The notes under the pieces are model-generated. The model saw only the letters and a program-made list of their open reading frames with translations, had not been told where the DNA came from and did no database searches. Below are positions 39,028 to 49,226 of a stretch of 64,000 bases of DNA, one piece after another. Location: the NCBI GenBank assembly GCA_040905745.1, contig JBBDQY010000017.1:9513-73512 (forward strand), written 5' to 3'. Every line of letters begins with the position of its first letter. Positions within the stretch are counted from its first letter, which is position 1. Both the position numbers and the translations under genes were made by a program. Source of the stretch: Balneolales bacterium. GTDB taxonomy: Bacteria > Bacteroidota > Rhodothermia > Balneolales > Natronogracilivirgulaceae.

Positions 39028-40167
39028 TTAATCTTCAAATTTTAAGACGGTTTCCAATATGTGCCCACGCAAATCTGAGATATTGGGATAATTGCCCTCC
39101 GGAAACCCGTGCTGGCGATTGGTGAGCAGGATCACCACTATATCATGCTCAGGGATAATAACCGAAGATGTACCTGTAAATCCGGTATGGCCCATAGTTC
39201 CTGGAGGGGCTTTATCGGTATTAAGGGTAGATTTGTCTTTGATCCAGCCCATGGCGTTACCAAATAGGTCTTCCTGCATGAAAGACTGTAGAGTATTTGA
39301 ACTAATTATTCTCTCTCTATTATGTCTACCATCATTCAATATTAGCCGACTTAGTACATATAAATCATTGGCTGAGGAAAAAAGTCCTGCATGACCGGCA
39401 ATTCCCTGATGGGCATACCAGGAGTTACCATCATTAGTTTCACCCTTCAGCACATACTCTCGCCAATCGTCCATTTCATCTGAGGTAGCATCGACCTTAT
39501 ATCCAAAGTCATCATCATCAATCATCCTGCGTTCGAAAGGATTGCCATGTGAGGTTGAGACTATATTATCTGAAATAGGTGGATTGAACATCGTATTTTC
39601 CAAGCCAATTGGTTTATATAGGTGGCCTGAGAGAAATTGATCCACAGGCTGACCGCTGATTTCCTCAATTAGATATCCGAGTGTTATAAAGCCCAGATCA
39701 CTATAAACCCTTTTCTTCCCTGGTGGGCTATGTAACTTTGAACCGGCCACCCATTTCCGTGCCGTATTTGGATTATTCGTAAATAGGTAAATAGGCTGCC
39801 ATGGCAATAATCCGGATGTATGAGTAAGTAAATGCCTCACCAATATATCCTTTTTGTCTTCGGGGAAGTCAGGCAAATGATCAGTGATTCGGTCATCAAG
39901 AGATAATTCACCTCTATCCACAAGCAACATGATAGCGAAAGTTGTTGCATATGCTTTGGTAAGGGATGCCAGATCAAATATATGCTCTCTTTTCATCGGT
40001 TGTTTGTGTTTCAAAAGTGAGCCATCAAAACCGTACTGTTTAGCATAACCGTAAGCATTATGATGGACGATCTTTTCACCTTTTGAAACCAGCAATACAC
40101 TACCCGATAGGTTCTGTTCATCCATCGCTGATTCAACGATCCTGTCTAATTCAGGGATATGAGCCAC
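39028..40167 (-). CDS. Serine hydrolase of the beta-lactamase/transpeptidase-like family (start uncertain, see findings)
   Basis: 379 aa from GTG 40167. It has the SxxK motif in FDLASLTKAYAT, a YSD(L) motif (VYSDLGFITLG) and a C-terminal HTGFTG. Upstream in-frame codons encode a signal-peptide-like segment with no canonical start. Confidence 0.85.
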   Translation of the reverse strand: MAHIPELDRIVESAMDEQNLSGSVLLVSKGEKIVHHNAYGYAKQYGFDGSLLKHKQPMKREHIFDLASLTKAYATTFAIMLLVDRGELSLDDRITDHLPDFPEDKKDILVRHLLTHTSGLLPWQPIYLFTNNPNTARKWVAGSKLHSPPGKKRVYSDLGFITLGYLIEEISGQPVDQFLSGHLYKPIGLENTMFNPPISDNIVSTSHGNPFERRMIDDDDFGYKVDATSDEMDDWREYVLKGETNDGNSWYAHQGIAGHAGLFSSANDLYVLSRLILNDGRHNRERIISSNTLQSFMQEDLFGNAMGWIKDKSTLNTDKAPPGTMGHTGFTGTSSVIIPEHDIVVILLTNRQHGFPEGNYPNISDLRGHILETVLKFED

Positions 40168-40443
40168 GTCTTGTTGAATGCCTTGGTCAGAGACTATTAA
40201 TAAAATGAAGAGCGGAAAATAGGAGAATAAAATAGTTTGGTTTCCTTTACGCTAACACGATTTGAACTTCATCCATTTTGAGTTTAAGGATGTTGTTTAT
40301 ATGTTTACCTTGTTTTTATAAAGTAAATAAATTATGATCTAAAGGAATAAGGTTTTATTTAAAACTGTATAATATGAGGAAGCCTCATATTATTAGATAG
40401 TAAATGGTACTTTGGTTCGAAGATTGAGTTAATTAGGGGAAAT

Positions 40444-41307
40444 ATGATTAGGCATATCACTGCAGGGTTATTAGGTTGGGTGGCTTTAAAAGCATTTCAA
40501 ACATCTAACCGTGCGAAAAAGAAAAACTTATTATTGAAGGGTAATATCAATCAATCCGTATGCCGATGGACATATGGATTTCTAACTCTTGATCAATTGT
40601 GCATGACTGTAAAAGCGTTGGGCTTTTCAGCAATTGATCTGGTTGGCCCGGAAGAATGGGGCATACTTAAAAGTCATGGCGTCAATTCCTCTATGTGCAA
40701 TGGGGCAGAAATCAGCCTTGAACAAGGTTGGAATGATCAACAGTATCATCAAACCCTTATAAATAATTATAAAGAACATATAGACCTGGTTTCCAGAGCC
40801 GGATACAAGAATCTCATCTGTTTCAGTGGTAACAGGAATGGCATGGATGATGAAACCGGCATGACGAATTGTATAACCGGTTTGAAGCAAATCCTGGCAT
40901 ATGCAGAAGAAAAGGGTGTAGTGATACAAATGGAGTTATTCAACAGTAAGATTGATCATCCGGATTACATGTGCGATAATTCTCCGTGGGGCATAGAATT
41001 GTGCAGGCGCATTGACTCTCCTAACTTTAAACTGCTATACGATATTTATCACATGCAAATCAATGAAGGTGATATTATTCGAACTATTAAGGATCACCAT
41101 CAGTATTTTGGCCATTATCATACCGCCGGAGTCCCCGGACGCAATGAAATTGACAACACTCAGGAACTGAATTACCCAGCCATAATGCGAGCAATATATG
41201 AGACTGGTTATAAAGGATATGTAGCTCAGGAGTTCATACCCACACAAAATACAGACAATCAAAAAATAGAGTCATTAAAAAAAGCTGTATTGATGTGTGA
41301 TATTTAG
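40444..41307 (+). CDS. Hydroxypyruvate isomerase-like TIM-barrel protein with an N-terminal hydrophobic/basic leader
   Basis: 287 aa. ...NQSVCRW...LGFSAIDLVGPEEW...ICFSGNR...QMELFNSKIDHPDYMCDN...LLYDIYHMQINEGD...HYHTAGVPGRNE matches the Hyi/xylose-isomerase-like fold pattern. Confidence 0.75.
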   Translation: MIRHITAGLLGWVALKAFQTSNRAKKKNLLLKGNINQSVCRWTYGFLTLDQLCMTVKALGFSAIDLVGPEEWGILKSHGVNSSMCNGAEISLEQGWNDQQYHQTLINNYKEHIDLVSRAGYKNLICFSGNRNGMDDETGMTNCITGLKQILAYAEEKGVVIQMELFNSKIDHPDYMCDNSPWGIELCRRIDSPNFKLLYDIYHMQINEGDIIRTIKDHHQYFGHYHTAGVPGRNEIDNTQELNYPAIMRAIYETGYKGYVAQEFIPTQNTDNQKIESLKKAVLMCDI

Positions 41308-41655
41308 TAGATTAAGCCCTTAGTTTAAAAAAACAGGTAAGAATTAGCGTGGAAAAAAATTTATCTATATACCGTAAAAAGCGCTTTGAATGATAAATGG
41401 GCTGATTTATGATGTATAGCATATTTGACAATGCCTTATTTGCTTAACAAAACACTTTGCTTGAACCTATTGCACTAATCTATATGAAATTGTTAGTTTC
41501 TCCATGAGCATTCTATAAATGAACAGATATATACTTGCAACCTCAGGGCTTCTGCCTTTGCTTAAAGGACAGAACTCTTTTATACCATAAATAATCCAGG
41601 GAGCGGTTCCCGGGAGAAGGCTTTTTAGGCCAATTCAAAAAAATCAAAATTACTA

Positions 41656-42984
41656 ATGGATTCGAATAAAACACTGAAATTTCGCCTCAGCTTCATGATG
41701 TTCCTCCAATTCTTCATATGGGGAGGTTTCTTCGTAACTATGGCCATGTACCTATTGGAGATATTTAAAGGTGAAACAGGCCTTAATTCAATTATTGGCC
41801 AGGCATATGCCACACATAACTGGGCAGCACTTCTAGCACCTGTTGTTGTGGGACTTATAGCCGACCGTTACTTTAATGCAGAGCGAGTAATGGGAATTTG
41901 CCATGTTTTAGGGGCAGGCTTGCTTTGGTATGCATCTAGCATCACCGACCCTGGTGTTTTTATTTGGGTGATGCTGGCTTATTTTATGCTTTACATGCCT
42001 ACACTTGCTTTGGTAAATGCAATTTCCTTCGCGAATATTGGAGACCCGGATAAAGAATTTCCTGCAATCAGGGTATGGGGTACCATAGGTTGGATTGTTG
42101 CCGGATTCGTTGTTGCGCAAACGGCTTTAGGCTGGATCAGCATACCTTTTATTTCAATGTTTGCTGGAGTTGATAATGCACAGATCACTAACATCCCACT
42201 TCTGATGAGCGCTGTGATTTCGCTGTTTTATGGTTTATATAGTTTCACCCTGCCCGCAACCCCACCTTCTGAAAAAGGCAAAAAATTCAATTTGAAAGAG
42301 GCTTTTGGTTTAGATGCTTTGGAACTATTAACAAACCGGAACTTCGCTGTTTTTTCTTTTTGCAGCTTTGCCATTAGTATTCCCTTAGCATTTTACTATG
42401 CCCGTACCAATGATTTTATCTCTGCTGTCGCATTTGGTGAAACCTCAGCTTCTTTTATGACCATAGGGCAGATGAGCGAGGTTCTGTTTATGGTCTTGAT
42501 TCCGTTTTTCCTTATCAGGTTTGGTGTTAAATGGATGCTTTTAATAGGAATGGTTGCATGGACTGCCAGATATCTGTTATTTGGGATGTTCCCGGAGTCA
42601 ACTTTATTAGTAATTATTGGCATAGCACTGCATGGAATCTGTTATGATTTCTTCTTTGTGACCGGTCAACTTTATGTAGATAAAAAAGCTCCCAGGAATA
42701 TACGGGCTAGTGCTCAGGGATTCTTTAACCTGCTGACCTACGGAGCAGGGATGCTCATTGGTAATTATATGCTGGGGTGGTGGGGTGATGCTATAAACCT
42801 GGATGGTTCTACTCAGGCTGGATGGCTTGCAGGTGCCGCCTCGTTCTGGATTATGCCAGGAATCTTAGCCTTGGCAGTTGCTGTTATGTTCCTCATCCTA
42901 TTCAAGGATGACGAAGTTGTTATTGAGGACGAATCTGTTCCAACATCTGATGGTGGTGAAATAAGTCCTTCTGCACTATCTTAA
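41656..42984 (+). CDS. MFS transporter of the nucleoside:H+ symporter (NupG/XapB/YegT-like) family
   Basis: 442 aa with ~12 TM. The N-terminus LKFRLSFMMFLQFFIWGGFFVTMAMYL parallels NupG LKILSFLQFCLWGSW. Confidence 0.8.
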   Translation: MDSNKTLKFRLSFMMFLQFFIWGGFFVTMAMYLLEIFKGETGLNSIIGQAYATHNWAALLAPVVVGLIADRYFNAERVMGICHVLGAGLLWYASSITDPGVFIWVMLAYFMLYMPTLALVNAISFANIGDPDKEFPAIRVWGTIGWIVAGFVVAQTALGWISIPFISMFAGVDNAQITNIPLLMSAVISLFYGLYSFTLPATPPSEKGKKFNLKEAFGLDALELLTNRNFAVFSFCSFAISIPLAFYYARTNDFISAVAFGETSASFMTIGQMSEVLFMVLIPFFLIRFGVKWMLLIGMVAWTARYLLFGMFPESTLLVIIGIALHGICYDFFFVTGQLYVDKKAPRNIRASAQGFFNLLTYGAGMLIGNYMLGWWGDAINLDGSTQAGWLAGAASFWIMPGILALAVAVMFLILFKDDEVVIEDESVPTSDGGEISPSALS

Positions 42985-42998
42985 CACTAGTAAGGCTC

Positions 42999-43034
42999 TT
43001 AGGTGCCATTGCTGACGTAGGCAATGGCACCTAA
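42999..43034 (+). terminator. Perfect 14-bp stem / 8-nt loop hairpin between the permease and the oxidoreductase gene (terminator or attenuator-like; no U-tract)
   Basis: TTAGGTGCCATTGC (42999-43012), tgacgtag, GCAATGGCACCTAA (43021-43034). It begins 15 nt after the permease stop. Confidence 0.45.
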
Positions 43035-43107
43035 CTAATTCATAATTCTACGTATTTCTTAATAGCCTGAAGTCTTATCATCGAAACATTCATAAAAGGG
43101 GATTAAA

Positions 43108-44262
43108 TTGGCGAAAATCAAGTTAGGCATGATTGGTGGAGGTCCGGATGCTTTTATTGGGGCAGTTCACCGTAAAGCAGCAGCATTAGACGGAGAATTC
43201 GAACTTATAGGTGGCGCTTTCAGCCGCAATCCGCGGAAATCAAAATCCATGGCTGCCTCTTTGGGGCTTAACCCTGACAGGGTTTATGAAAGCTACGGAG
43301 AGATGATTTACCGTGAAAAGGCACTTCCTGCAGAAGAACGAATAGACGCAGTGTCCATTGTTACTCCCAACTACGTTCATTATGATCCAGCCATTAAAGC
43401 ACTCGAAAATGGTTTCCACGTGATCATTGATAAGCCTCTGGCTTTTTCTTTGGAAGAGGCTAAATCTTTAAAGGAAGTTGTCGATGAAAGTGGCTTAGTT
43501 TTGGCTGTTACCCATACTTATGCAGGGTATCCAATGGTGAAAGAAGCCAGGGTTCAGATCAAATCCAATAATTTTGGAAAGGTGCGTAAGGTATATGTAG
43601 AATACCCTCAAGGCTGGCTTGCTACCTTTCTGGAAAGTGATGGAAACAAACAAGCATCCTGGCGGACTGATCCAGCCAAATCAGGAGCTGGTGGAGCTGT
43701 AGGTGATATTGGAACCCATGCTGCTCATTTGGCAGAGTATGTTACCGGACTAAGCATCACCCATATATGCGCTGAGCTCAATACAGTAGTAGAACGTCGT
43801 TTATTGGATGATGACTCAACAGCTCTGTTGAAATTTGATAATGGTGCATCGGGTGTGCTTGTGGCTACTCAGGTTGCCGCCGGAGAAGAAAATGATTTGA
43901 AGCTTAGAGTTTATGGCGAAAAGGGGGGATTGGAGTGGACTCACACTGATCCGAATACACTTTTGGTCAAAATGCTCGATAAGCCTGCCCAAATTTACCG
44001 CACAGGATCTGGCTATGTGACTGAAGTTGCAGCTAAGAATACCAGACTGCCGGCCGGCCACCCTGAAGGCTATCTGGAAGCTTTTGCCAATATCTACACG
44101 GCATTTCATGCGGCTGTACAGGATCACAAGAACGGTCAGCTTAAAGCTATAGAAACCTATGATTTTCCCACTGTGAATGAAGGCGTTAAAGGAATGGCAT
44201 TTATAGAAACCATGATTGCCTCTTCCAGGTCAACTGAAAAATGGACAAAAATCCTGAAATGA
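43108..44262 (+). CDS. Gfo/Idh/MocA-family NAD(P)-dependent oxidoreductase
   Basis: 384 aa, TTG start. [22 protein letters not shown] (Rossmann fold), [30 protein letters not shown] (EKP-like motif). Confidence 0.9.
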   Translation: MAKIKLGMIGGGPDAFIGAVHRKAAALDGEFELIGGAFSRNPRKSKSMAASLGLNPDRVYESYGEMIYREKALPAEERIDAVSIVTPNYVHYDPAIKALENGFHVIIDKPLAFSLEEAKSLKEVVDESGLVLAVTHTYAGYPMVKEARVQIKSNNFGKVRKVYVEYPQGWLATFLESDGNKQASWRTDPAKSGAGGAVGDIGTHAAHLAEYVTGLSITHICAELNTVVERRLLDDDSTALLKFDNGASGVLVATQVAAGEENDLKLRVYGEKGGLEWTHTDPNTLLVKMLDKPAQIYRTGSGYVTEVAAKNTRLPAGHPEGYLEAFANIYTAFHAAVQDHKNGQLKAIETYDFPTVNEGVKGMAFIETMIASSRSTEKWTKILK

Positions 44263-45314
44263 TGAAAACAATTAAAGGACCAGCTTTATTCCTAGCACAA
44301 TTTGCAGGTGACGAGTCACCATTCAACAACTTCAAATCTATCTGCGAATGGGCAGCTTCTGTAGGTTATAAAGGAGTTCAGATACCTACCTGGGATCCGC
44401 GTATGATTGATCTGGAGAAAGTTGCAAGCAGTAAAGATTATGCTGATGAATACAAAGGCGTTGCTGAAGCTGCAGGAGTTACTATTACAGAGCTATCCAC
44501 TCATTTGCAAGGGCAATTGGTTGTTGTACATAAGGCATATGATGAAATGTTCGATGGTTTTGCACCTGAAAATAAAAGAGGCAATCCTAAAGCAAGGACC
44601 GAGTGGGCTATCAACCAGCTTAAACTGGCCGCCAAAGCCAGCCGTAATTTAGGTATCGATGTTCATGCTACCTTTTCGGGAGCATTGTTATGGCACACCA
44701 TGTATCCCTGGCCACAACGTCCTGCGGGGTTAGTTGAAGATGGCTTTAAGGAGTTGGCCAGGCGCTGGACACCCATTCTGGATGAGTTCGACAGTCAGGG
44801 TGTGGATGTATGCTATGAACTTCACCCCGGTGAAGATCTTCATGATGGGGTAACTTTTGAGAGATTTCTGGAGGCTACAGGAAATCATTCACGGGCTAAA
44901 ATACTTTATGACCCAAGCCATTTTCTACTGCAGCAACTTGATTACCTCCAGTTTATTGATATTTACCATGAACACATCCGTATGTTCCATGTCAAAGATG
45001 CAGAATTCAATCCGGATGGAAGAAGTGGTGTGTATGGCGGTTATCAAGGCTGGACGGATCGTGCAGCACGTTTCCGATCCCTAGGTGACGGACAAATAGA
45101 CTTTGTCGGCATATTCAGTAAATTATCTCAATATGGTTTTAACGGTTGGGCTGTGCTTGAATGGGAATGCTGCATTAAACATCCCGAACAAGGAGCTGTA
45201 GAAGGTGCACAGATCATCTCCGATCATATCATTCAAGTAACTGAAAAGGCATTTGATGATTTTGCCGGAGCAGGTTCAGATCCTGATTTGAATCGAAGGA
45301 TTCTAGGCCTATAG
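44259..45314 (+). CDS. Sugar phosphate isomerase/epimerase-family (xylose isomerase-like TIM barrel) protein
   Basis: About 351 aa from ATG 44259, which overlaps the upstream stop in an ATGA arrangement (ATG 44241 is the alternative). YKGVQIPTWD, YELHPGEDLHDG, MFHVKDAEFNP, GWAVLEWEC. Confidence 0.85.
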   Translation: MMKTIKGPALFLAQFAGDESPFNNFKSICEWAASVGYKGVQIPTWDPRMIDLEKVASSKDYADEYKGVAEAAGVTITELSTHLQGQLVVVHKAYDEMFDGFAPENKRGNPKARTEWAINQLKLAAKASRNLGIDVHATFSGALLWHTMYPWPQRPAGLVEDGFKELARRWTPILDEFDSQGVDVCYELHPGEDLHDGVTFERFLEATGNHSRAKILYDPSHFLLQQLDYLQFIDIYHEHIRMFHVKDAEFNPDGRSGVYGGYQGWTDRAARFRSLGDGQIDFVGIFSKLSQYGFNGWAVLEWECCIKHPEQGAVEGAQIISDHIIQVTEKAFDDFAGAGSDPDLNRRILGL

Positions 45315-45321
45315 TTTTAAA

Positions 45322-45350
45322 CCTTTGGCAAGTCCGGGACTTTCCAAAGG
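45322..45350 (+). terminator. Imperfect 14-bp hairpin just after the TIM-barrel gene (possible terminator; weak U-tract)
   Basis: CCTTTGGCAAGTCC g GGACTTTCCAAAGG with one mismatch. It begins 8 nt after the stop codon. Confidence 0.35.
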
Positions 45351-45635
45351 CATTATTTGAATGATTAATCTATCCAATAAAATGGTGTTCTGTACGTGAA
45401 CTAAATATGTACATGCAACTAAGAACCCATTAGCATATCTCCAAAGCAAAGCATGGTTTTTGGCCATATTTCAGTGCAGATTAGGTTCGACATCGAAGCC
45501 TTAATTTTGTATATTTAGACTCAGTCGAAATAAGAAGAGGTTGACCTTGTTATAAAAGGACCCAAAGCGGTTTAGTCGGGAACGCTTTATACCCAGCCGT
45601 GTTTAGATTACCAAAAACTATTAAAAAAGATCTTT

Positions 45636-47084
45636 ATGAGTGATACTCAAACTCTTGAATCCATGGTAAAACAGCCGTATAAATACGGCTTCAAGACAAA
45701 TATTGAATACGATTATTTTCCAAAAGGAATCAATGAGGAAGTGGTTCGCGCTATTTCAGCGATTAAAGAAGAACCCGAATGGATGCTTGATTTCAGGCTA
45801 AAAGCCTTACGATACTGGCTCACCATGGAAGAGCCAAAGTGGTCGAACATTAAATATCCCAAAGTAGACTTTCAGGATATTCAGTACTATTCTTCTCCTA
45901 AACAAAGGGAAAAGAAATCAGTAGATAGCATTGATGATGTTGACCCTGAAATACTCGCAACCTATGAGAAGCTCGGAATTCCTCTTTCAGAGCAAAAGAT
46001 GTTGGCGGGTGTTGCTGTCGATGCTGTTTTTGACAGTGTCTCCGTAGCTACTACCTTCAAAGCCAAATTGGCTGAGGCCGGCGTGATTTTCTGCTCCATT
46101 TCCGAAGCGGTTAAAAAATACCCTGAACTGGTCAAAAAGCATATGGGCAGCGTGGTTCCGTATACCGATAACTACTATGCTGCATTGAACTCCGCTGTGT
46201 TTTCCGATGGTTCATTTTGCTACGTTCCTAAAGGTGTCACTTCGCCGATGGAGCTTTCTACCTACTTCCGAATTAATAACGAAGAATCCGGACAGTTTGA
46301 ACGCACGCTAATCGTTGCAGAAGAAGATAGCTTTGTGAGTTATCTGGAGGGATGTACTGCCCCGATGTTCAGCAAAAACCAATTGCATGCTGCTGTGGTA
46401 GAACTTGTGGCTATGAAGGATGCAGAAATCAAATACTCCACTGTTCAAAACTGGTATTCAGGTGATGAGAATGGAGTAGGTGGTATCTATAATTTTGTAA
46501 CCAAGCGTGGTATCTGCAAGGGTGATAATGCCAAAATATCATGGACTCAGGTCGAGACCGGTTCCGCCATCACCTGGAAATATCCGAGTGTGATTCTGAA
46601 AGGTGACAATTCTGTCGGCGAATTCTATTCTGTTGCCGTAACCAATGATATGATGGAAGCCGATACCGGTACCAAAATGATCCATATCGGTAAAAACACA
46701 AAAAGCACAATTATCTCAAAAGGTATCGCTGCCGGGAAATCTCAGAACAGCTACCGCGGATTGGTTAAGATTGGGCCTAAAGCCCACAACGCCAAAAACT
46801 ATTCGGTATGTGATTCTATGCTGATTGGTGATCGTTGCGGAGCCCATACCTTCCCATACATTGAATCCAAAAACAACTCCGCCAGTGTTGAACATGAGGC
46901 TACGACCTCTAAGATTGGGGAAGATCAAATCTTCTACCTTCAACAGCGCGGTTTGGATGAGGAAAATGCTGTAAACCTCATTATCAATGGGTTCTGTAAA
47001 GAAGTATTCAAAGAGCTTCCGATGGAATTCGCCGTGGAGGCCATTAAACTTCTCGGAATCAAGCTTGAAGGCAGCGTAGGCTAG
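45636..47084 (+). CDS. sufB: Fe-S cluster assembly scaffold protein SufB
   Basis: 482 aa with typical SufB sequence throughout ([36 protein letters not shown]). Confidence 0.95.
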   Translation: MSDTQTLESMVKQPYKYGFKTNIEYDYFPKGINEEVVRAISAIKEEPEWMLDFRLKALRYWLTMEEPKWSNIKYPKVDFQDIQYYSSPKQREKKSVDSIDDVDPEILATYEKLGIPLSEQKMLAGVAVDAVFDSVSVATTFKAKLAEAGVIFCSISEAVKKYPELVKKHMGSVVPYTDNYYAALNSAVFSDGSFCYVPKGVTSPMELSTYFRINNEESGQFERTLIVAEEDSFVSYLEGCTAPMFSKNQLHAAVVELVAMKDAEIKYSTVQNWYSGDENGVGGIYNFVTKRGICKGDNAKISWTQVETGSAITWKYPSVILKGDNSVGEFYSVAVTNDMMEADTGTKMIHIGKNTKSTIISKGIAAGKSQNSYRGLVKIGPKAHNAKNYSVCDSMLIGDRCGAHTFPYIESKNNSASVEHEATTSKIGEDQIFYLQQRGLDEENAVNLIINGFCKEVFKELPMEFAVEAIKLLGIKLEGSVG

Positions 47085-47123
47085 CCGTATCCCAAATTTA
47101 AATATCAAACAAAAATAAAAAAG

Positions 47124-47885
47124 ATGATAGTAATCAAAGACCTGCACGCAGAAGTCGAAGGCGTAGAAATTTTAAAAGGAATCAATCTGGAAATTAAAGC
47201 TGGTGAAATCCATGCAATTATGGGTCCAAACGGTAGTGGCAAAAGTACTCTTGCAAAAGTCATAGCCGGACACCCGGCCTACGAAGTCACCAAAGGTGAA
47301 ATTACCTATATGGGCGAAGATATTCTGGAAATGGACCCTGACGAAAGAGCTCGAAAAGGTGTATTCATGGCATTTCAATACCCAGTAGAAGTACCGGGTG
47401 TGAGCAACTCCATGTTTATGAGAGAGGCTTATAATGCGATTTTGGAGGAGCAAGGACTTGATCCTCTTGATCCCCTTGAATTTGAAGATTACATTCTTGA
47501 AAAGCTTAAAATCGTTAACCTCGATGCCAAACTGTTAGAAAGAAACGTCAACGACGGGTTCTCGGGTGGTGAGAAGAAGCGCAATGAAATTCTGCAGATG
47601 GCTATTTTGAATCCAAAGCTCGCTCTGCTTGATGAAACGGACTCCGGGCTGGATATTGATGCATTAAAGGTTGTTTCTGAAGGGATTAACCAACTTTCCT
47701 CAAAAGATAACGCTGTTATGATTGTAACTCACTACCAGCGTATCCTGAACTATATAACTCCTGATTTCGTACACGTACTTGTTGCAGGCCGAGTGGAGAA
47801 ATCCGGAGGCAAGGAACTTGCACTTGAACTTGAAGAACATGGCTATGAATGGGTGAAAGATGCCCAAGTAAATGGAGAGGCTTAA
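47124..47885 (+). CDS. sufC: Fe-S cluster assembly ATPase SufC
   Basis: 253 aa. Walker [10 protein letters not shown], signature [13 protein letters not shown], Walker [13 protein letters not shown]. Confidence 0.95.
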   Translation: MIVIKDLHAEVEGVEILKGINLEIKAGEIHAIMGPNGSGKSTLAKVIAGHPAYEVTKGEITYMGEDILEMDPDERARKGVFMAFQYPVEVPGVSNSMFMREAYNAILEEQGLDPLDPLEFEDYILEKLKIVNLDAKLLERNVNDGFSGGEKKRNEILQMAILNPKLALLDETDSGLDIDALKVVSEGINQLSSKDNAVMIVTHYQRILNYITPDFVHVLVAGRVEKSGGKELALELEEHGYEWVKDAQVNGEA

Positions 47886-47888
47886 TTT

Positions 47889-49226
47889 ATGGCAGTTGTT
47901 GAAAATGGAAATATGTTATTACGTGACCTTCTTACCCTTGGGGAAAGCAATAACCTTCCCGGGTATTTGGCTGCGGTGAAGAAAGCGGGGGCTTATCAGA
48001 TTGAGAAATACCCTTTGCCAACTACAAAACATGAAGAGTGGAAATATACCGACCTAAAACCTCTGGCAAAGCATTCGTTTATTCCCGGTGACACGATTAA
48101 GGAAGTCGGTGAGGTAAATGAGGTTTCTAATTTTGTATTCGAAGAATCCGAAACCCAACATCTGACTTTTGTAAATGGTGTTTACCGTGAAGACCTTTCA
48201 GTTGCTGAAGGACTTCCTAATGGTGTTCGGGTTGGTAACCTTGCTGAAGCAGACCCTGAATACCAAAAGCATATCGAAGAACATCTGGGTAAGCATGCCA
48301 AATACGGTGATGATCCATTCACACCGTTCAATGCCGGTAATCTACGTGACGGGGCATTTATATACGTACCCAAAGAAACTAAACTAGAGAACCCAGTACA
48401 GCTTTTGTTTATATCAACTGACGCTGACAAACCATTCTTTACAACACCTCGTGTGTTGATCATCGGTGAAAGACACAGTGAGATTACGGTTGTGGAAGAT
48501 TACGTAAGCCTGGCAGAGAATGTCTATTTCAATACTTCGGTATCTGAAATTGTTTTGGATGAAGGTGCCAAACTCACCCATGTGAAACTTCAGCGTGAAA
48601 GCAAAAAGGCTTATCACATCAGCCGAATCGCGACTAGTATCAAAAAAGACAGTGATTACCGTTCTTATGCCGTACATTTAGGGGCCTTATTATCACGCAG
48701 TGATGTAAGAGCAGTACAATTGGATCAAAACACCCACTGTACCCTTGATGGCCTGGTTCTTGTCAATGGTAATCAGCATTCGGATACACATAGTGTGATG
48801 GACCATACCATGCCGAACTGTACAAGTCATCAATTACATAAATGCATTGTTGACGGACACGGAACGTCCACCTTTAATGGTAAGATATTTGTTCAGCAGG
48901 ATGCACAGCAAACCAACGCATTTCAGGAGAACCGGAACCTGCTACTTTCTGATGATGGTACAGTGAACACTAAGCCTCAATTGGAAATATGGGCCGATGA
49001 CGTGAAATGCAGTCATGGTGCCACCATTGGCCAGCTCAATGAGGATCAGGTATTTTACCTGAAGAGCCGTGGGCTGTCTGATCATAAATCCCGACAGATA
49101 CTTAGCTACGGTTTTGCCCTGGATGTTATTGAATCCATACCGATTCCATCCATTCAGAAAAGACTGGCTATTGAAGTCGATAAATTCACCCGATCAAATA
49201 AAGTAGTCAATACACTGGCAGAATGA
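47889..49226 (+). CDS. sufD: Fe-S cluster assembly protein SufD
   Basis: 445 aa, in the position after sufC. The C-terminal beta-helix block is related to SufB (GATIGQLNEDQVFYLKSRGLSDHKSRQIL). Confidence 0.9.
   Translation: MAVVENGNMLLRDLLTLGESNNLPGYLAAVKKAGAYQIEKYPLPTTKHEEWKYTDLKPLAKHSFIPGDTIKEVGEVNEVSNFVFEESETQHLTFVNGVYREDLSVAEGLPNGVRVGNLAEADPEYQKHIEEHLGKHAKYGDDPFTPFNAGNLRDGAFIYVPKETKLENPVQLLFISTDADKPFFTTPRVLIIGERHSEITVVEDYVSLAENVYFNTSVSEIVLDEGAKLTHVKLQRESKKAYHISRIATSIKKDSDYRSYAVHLGALLSRSDVRAVQLDQNTHCTLDGLVLVNGNQHSDTHSVMDHTMPNCTSHQLHKCIVDGHGTSTFNGKIFVQQDAQQTNAFQENRNLLLSDDGTVNTKPQLEIWADDVKCSHGATIGQLNEDQVFYLKSRGLSDHKSRQILSYGFALDVIESIPIPSIQKRLAIEVDKFTRSNKVVNTLAE

Noticed and set aside
45501-45508. 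TAATTTTG upstream of sufB, matching the Bacteroidetes -7 promoter consensus TAnnTTTG
   Set aside because: The nearest upstream TTTG (45459-45462) is 38 nt away, not ~19-21 nt, so the bipartite promoter cannot be supported. It is kept only as a note.
46716-47147. 143-aa ORF on the minus strand spanning the sufB 3' end and sufC start
   Set aside because: It is entirely antisense to two strongly supported, highly conserved genes. It has no recognisable motifs and its composition is typical of a shadow ORF.
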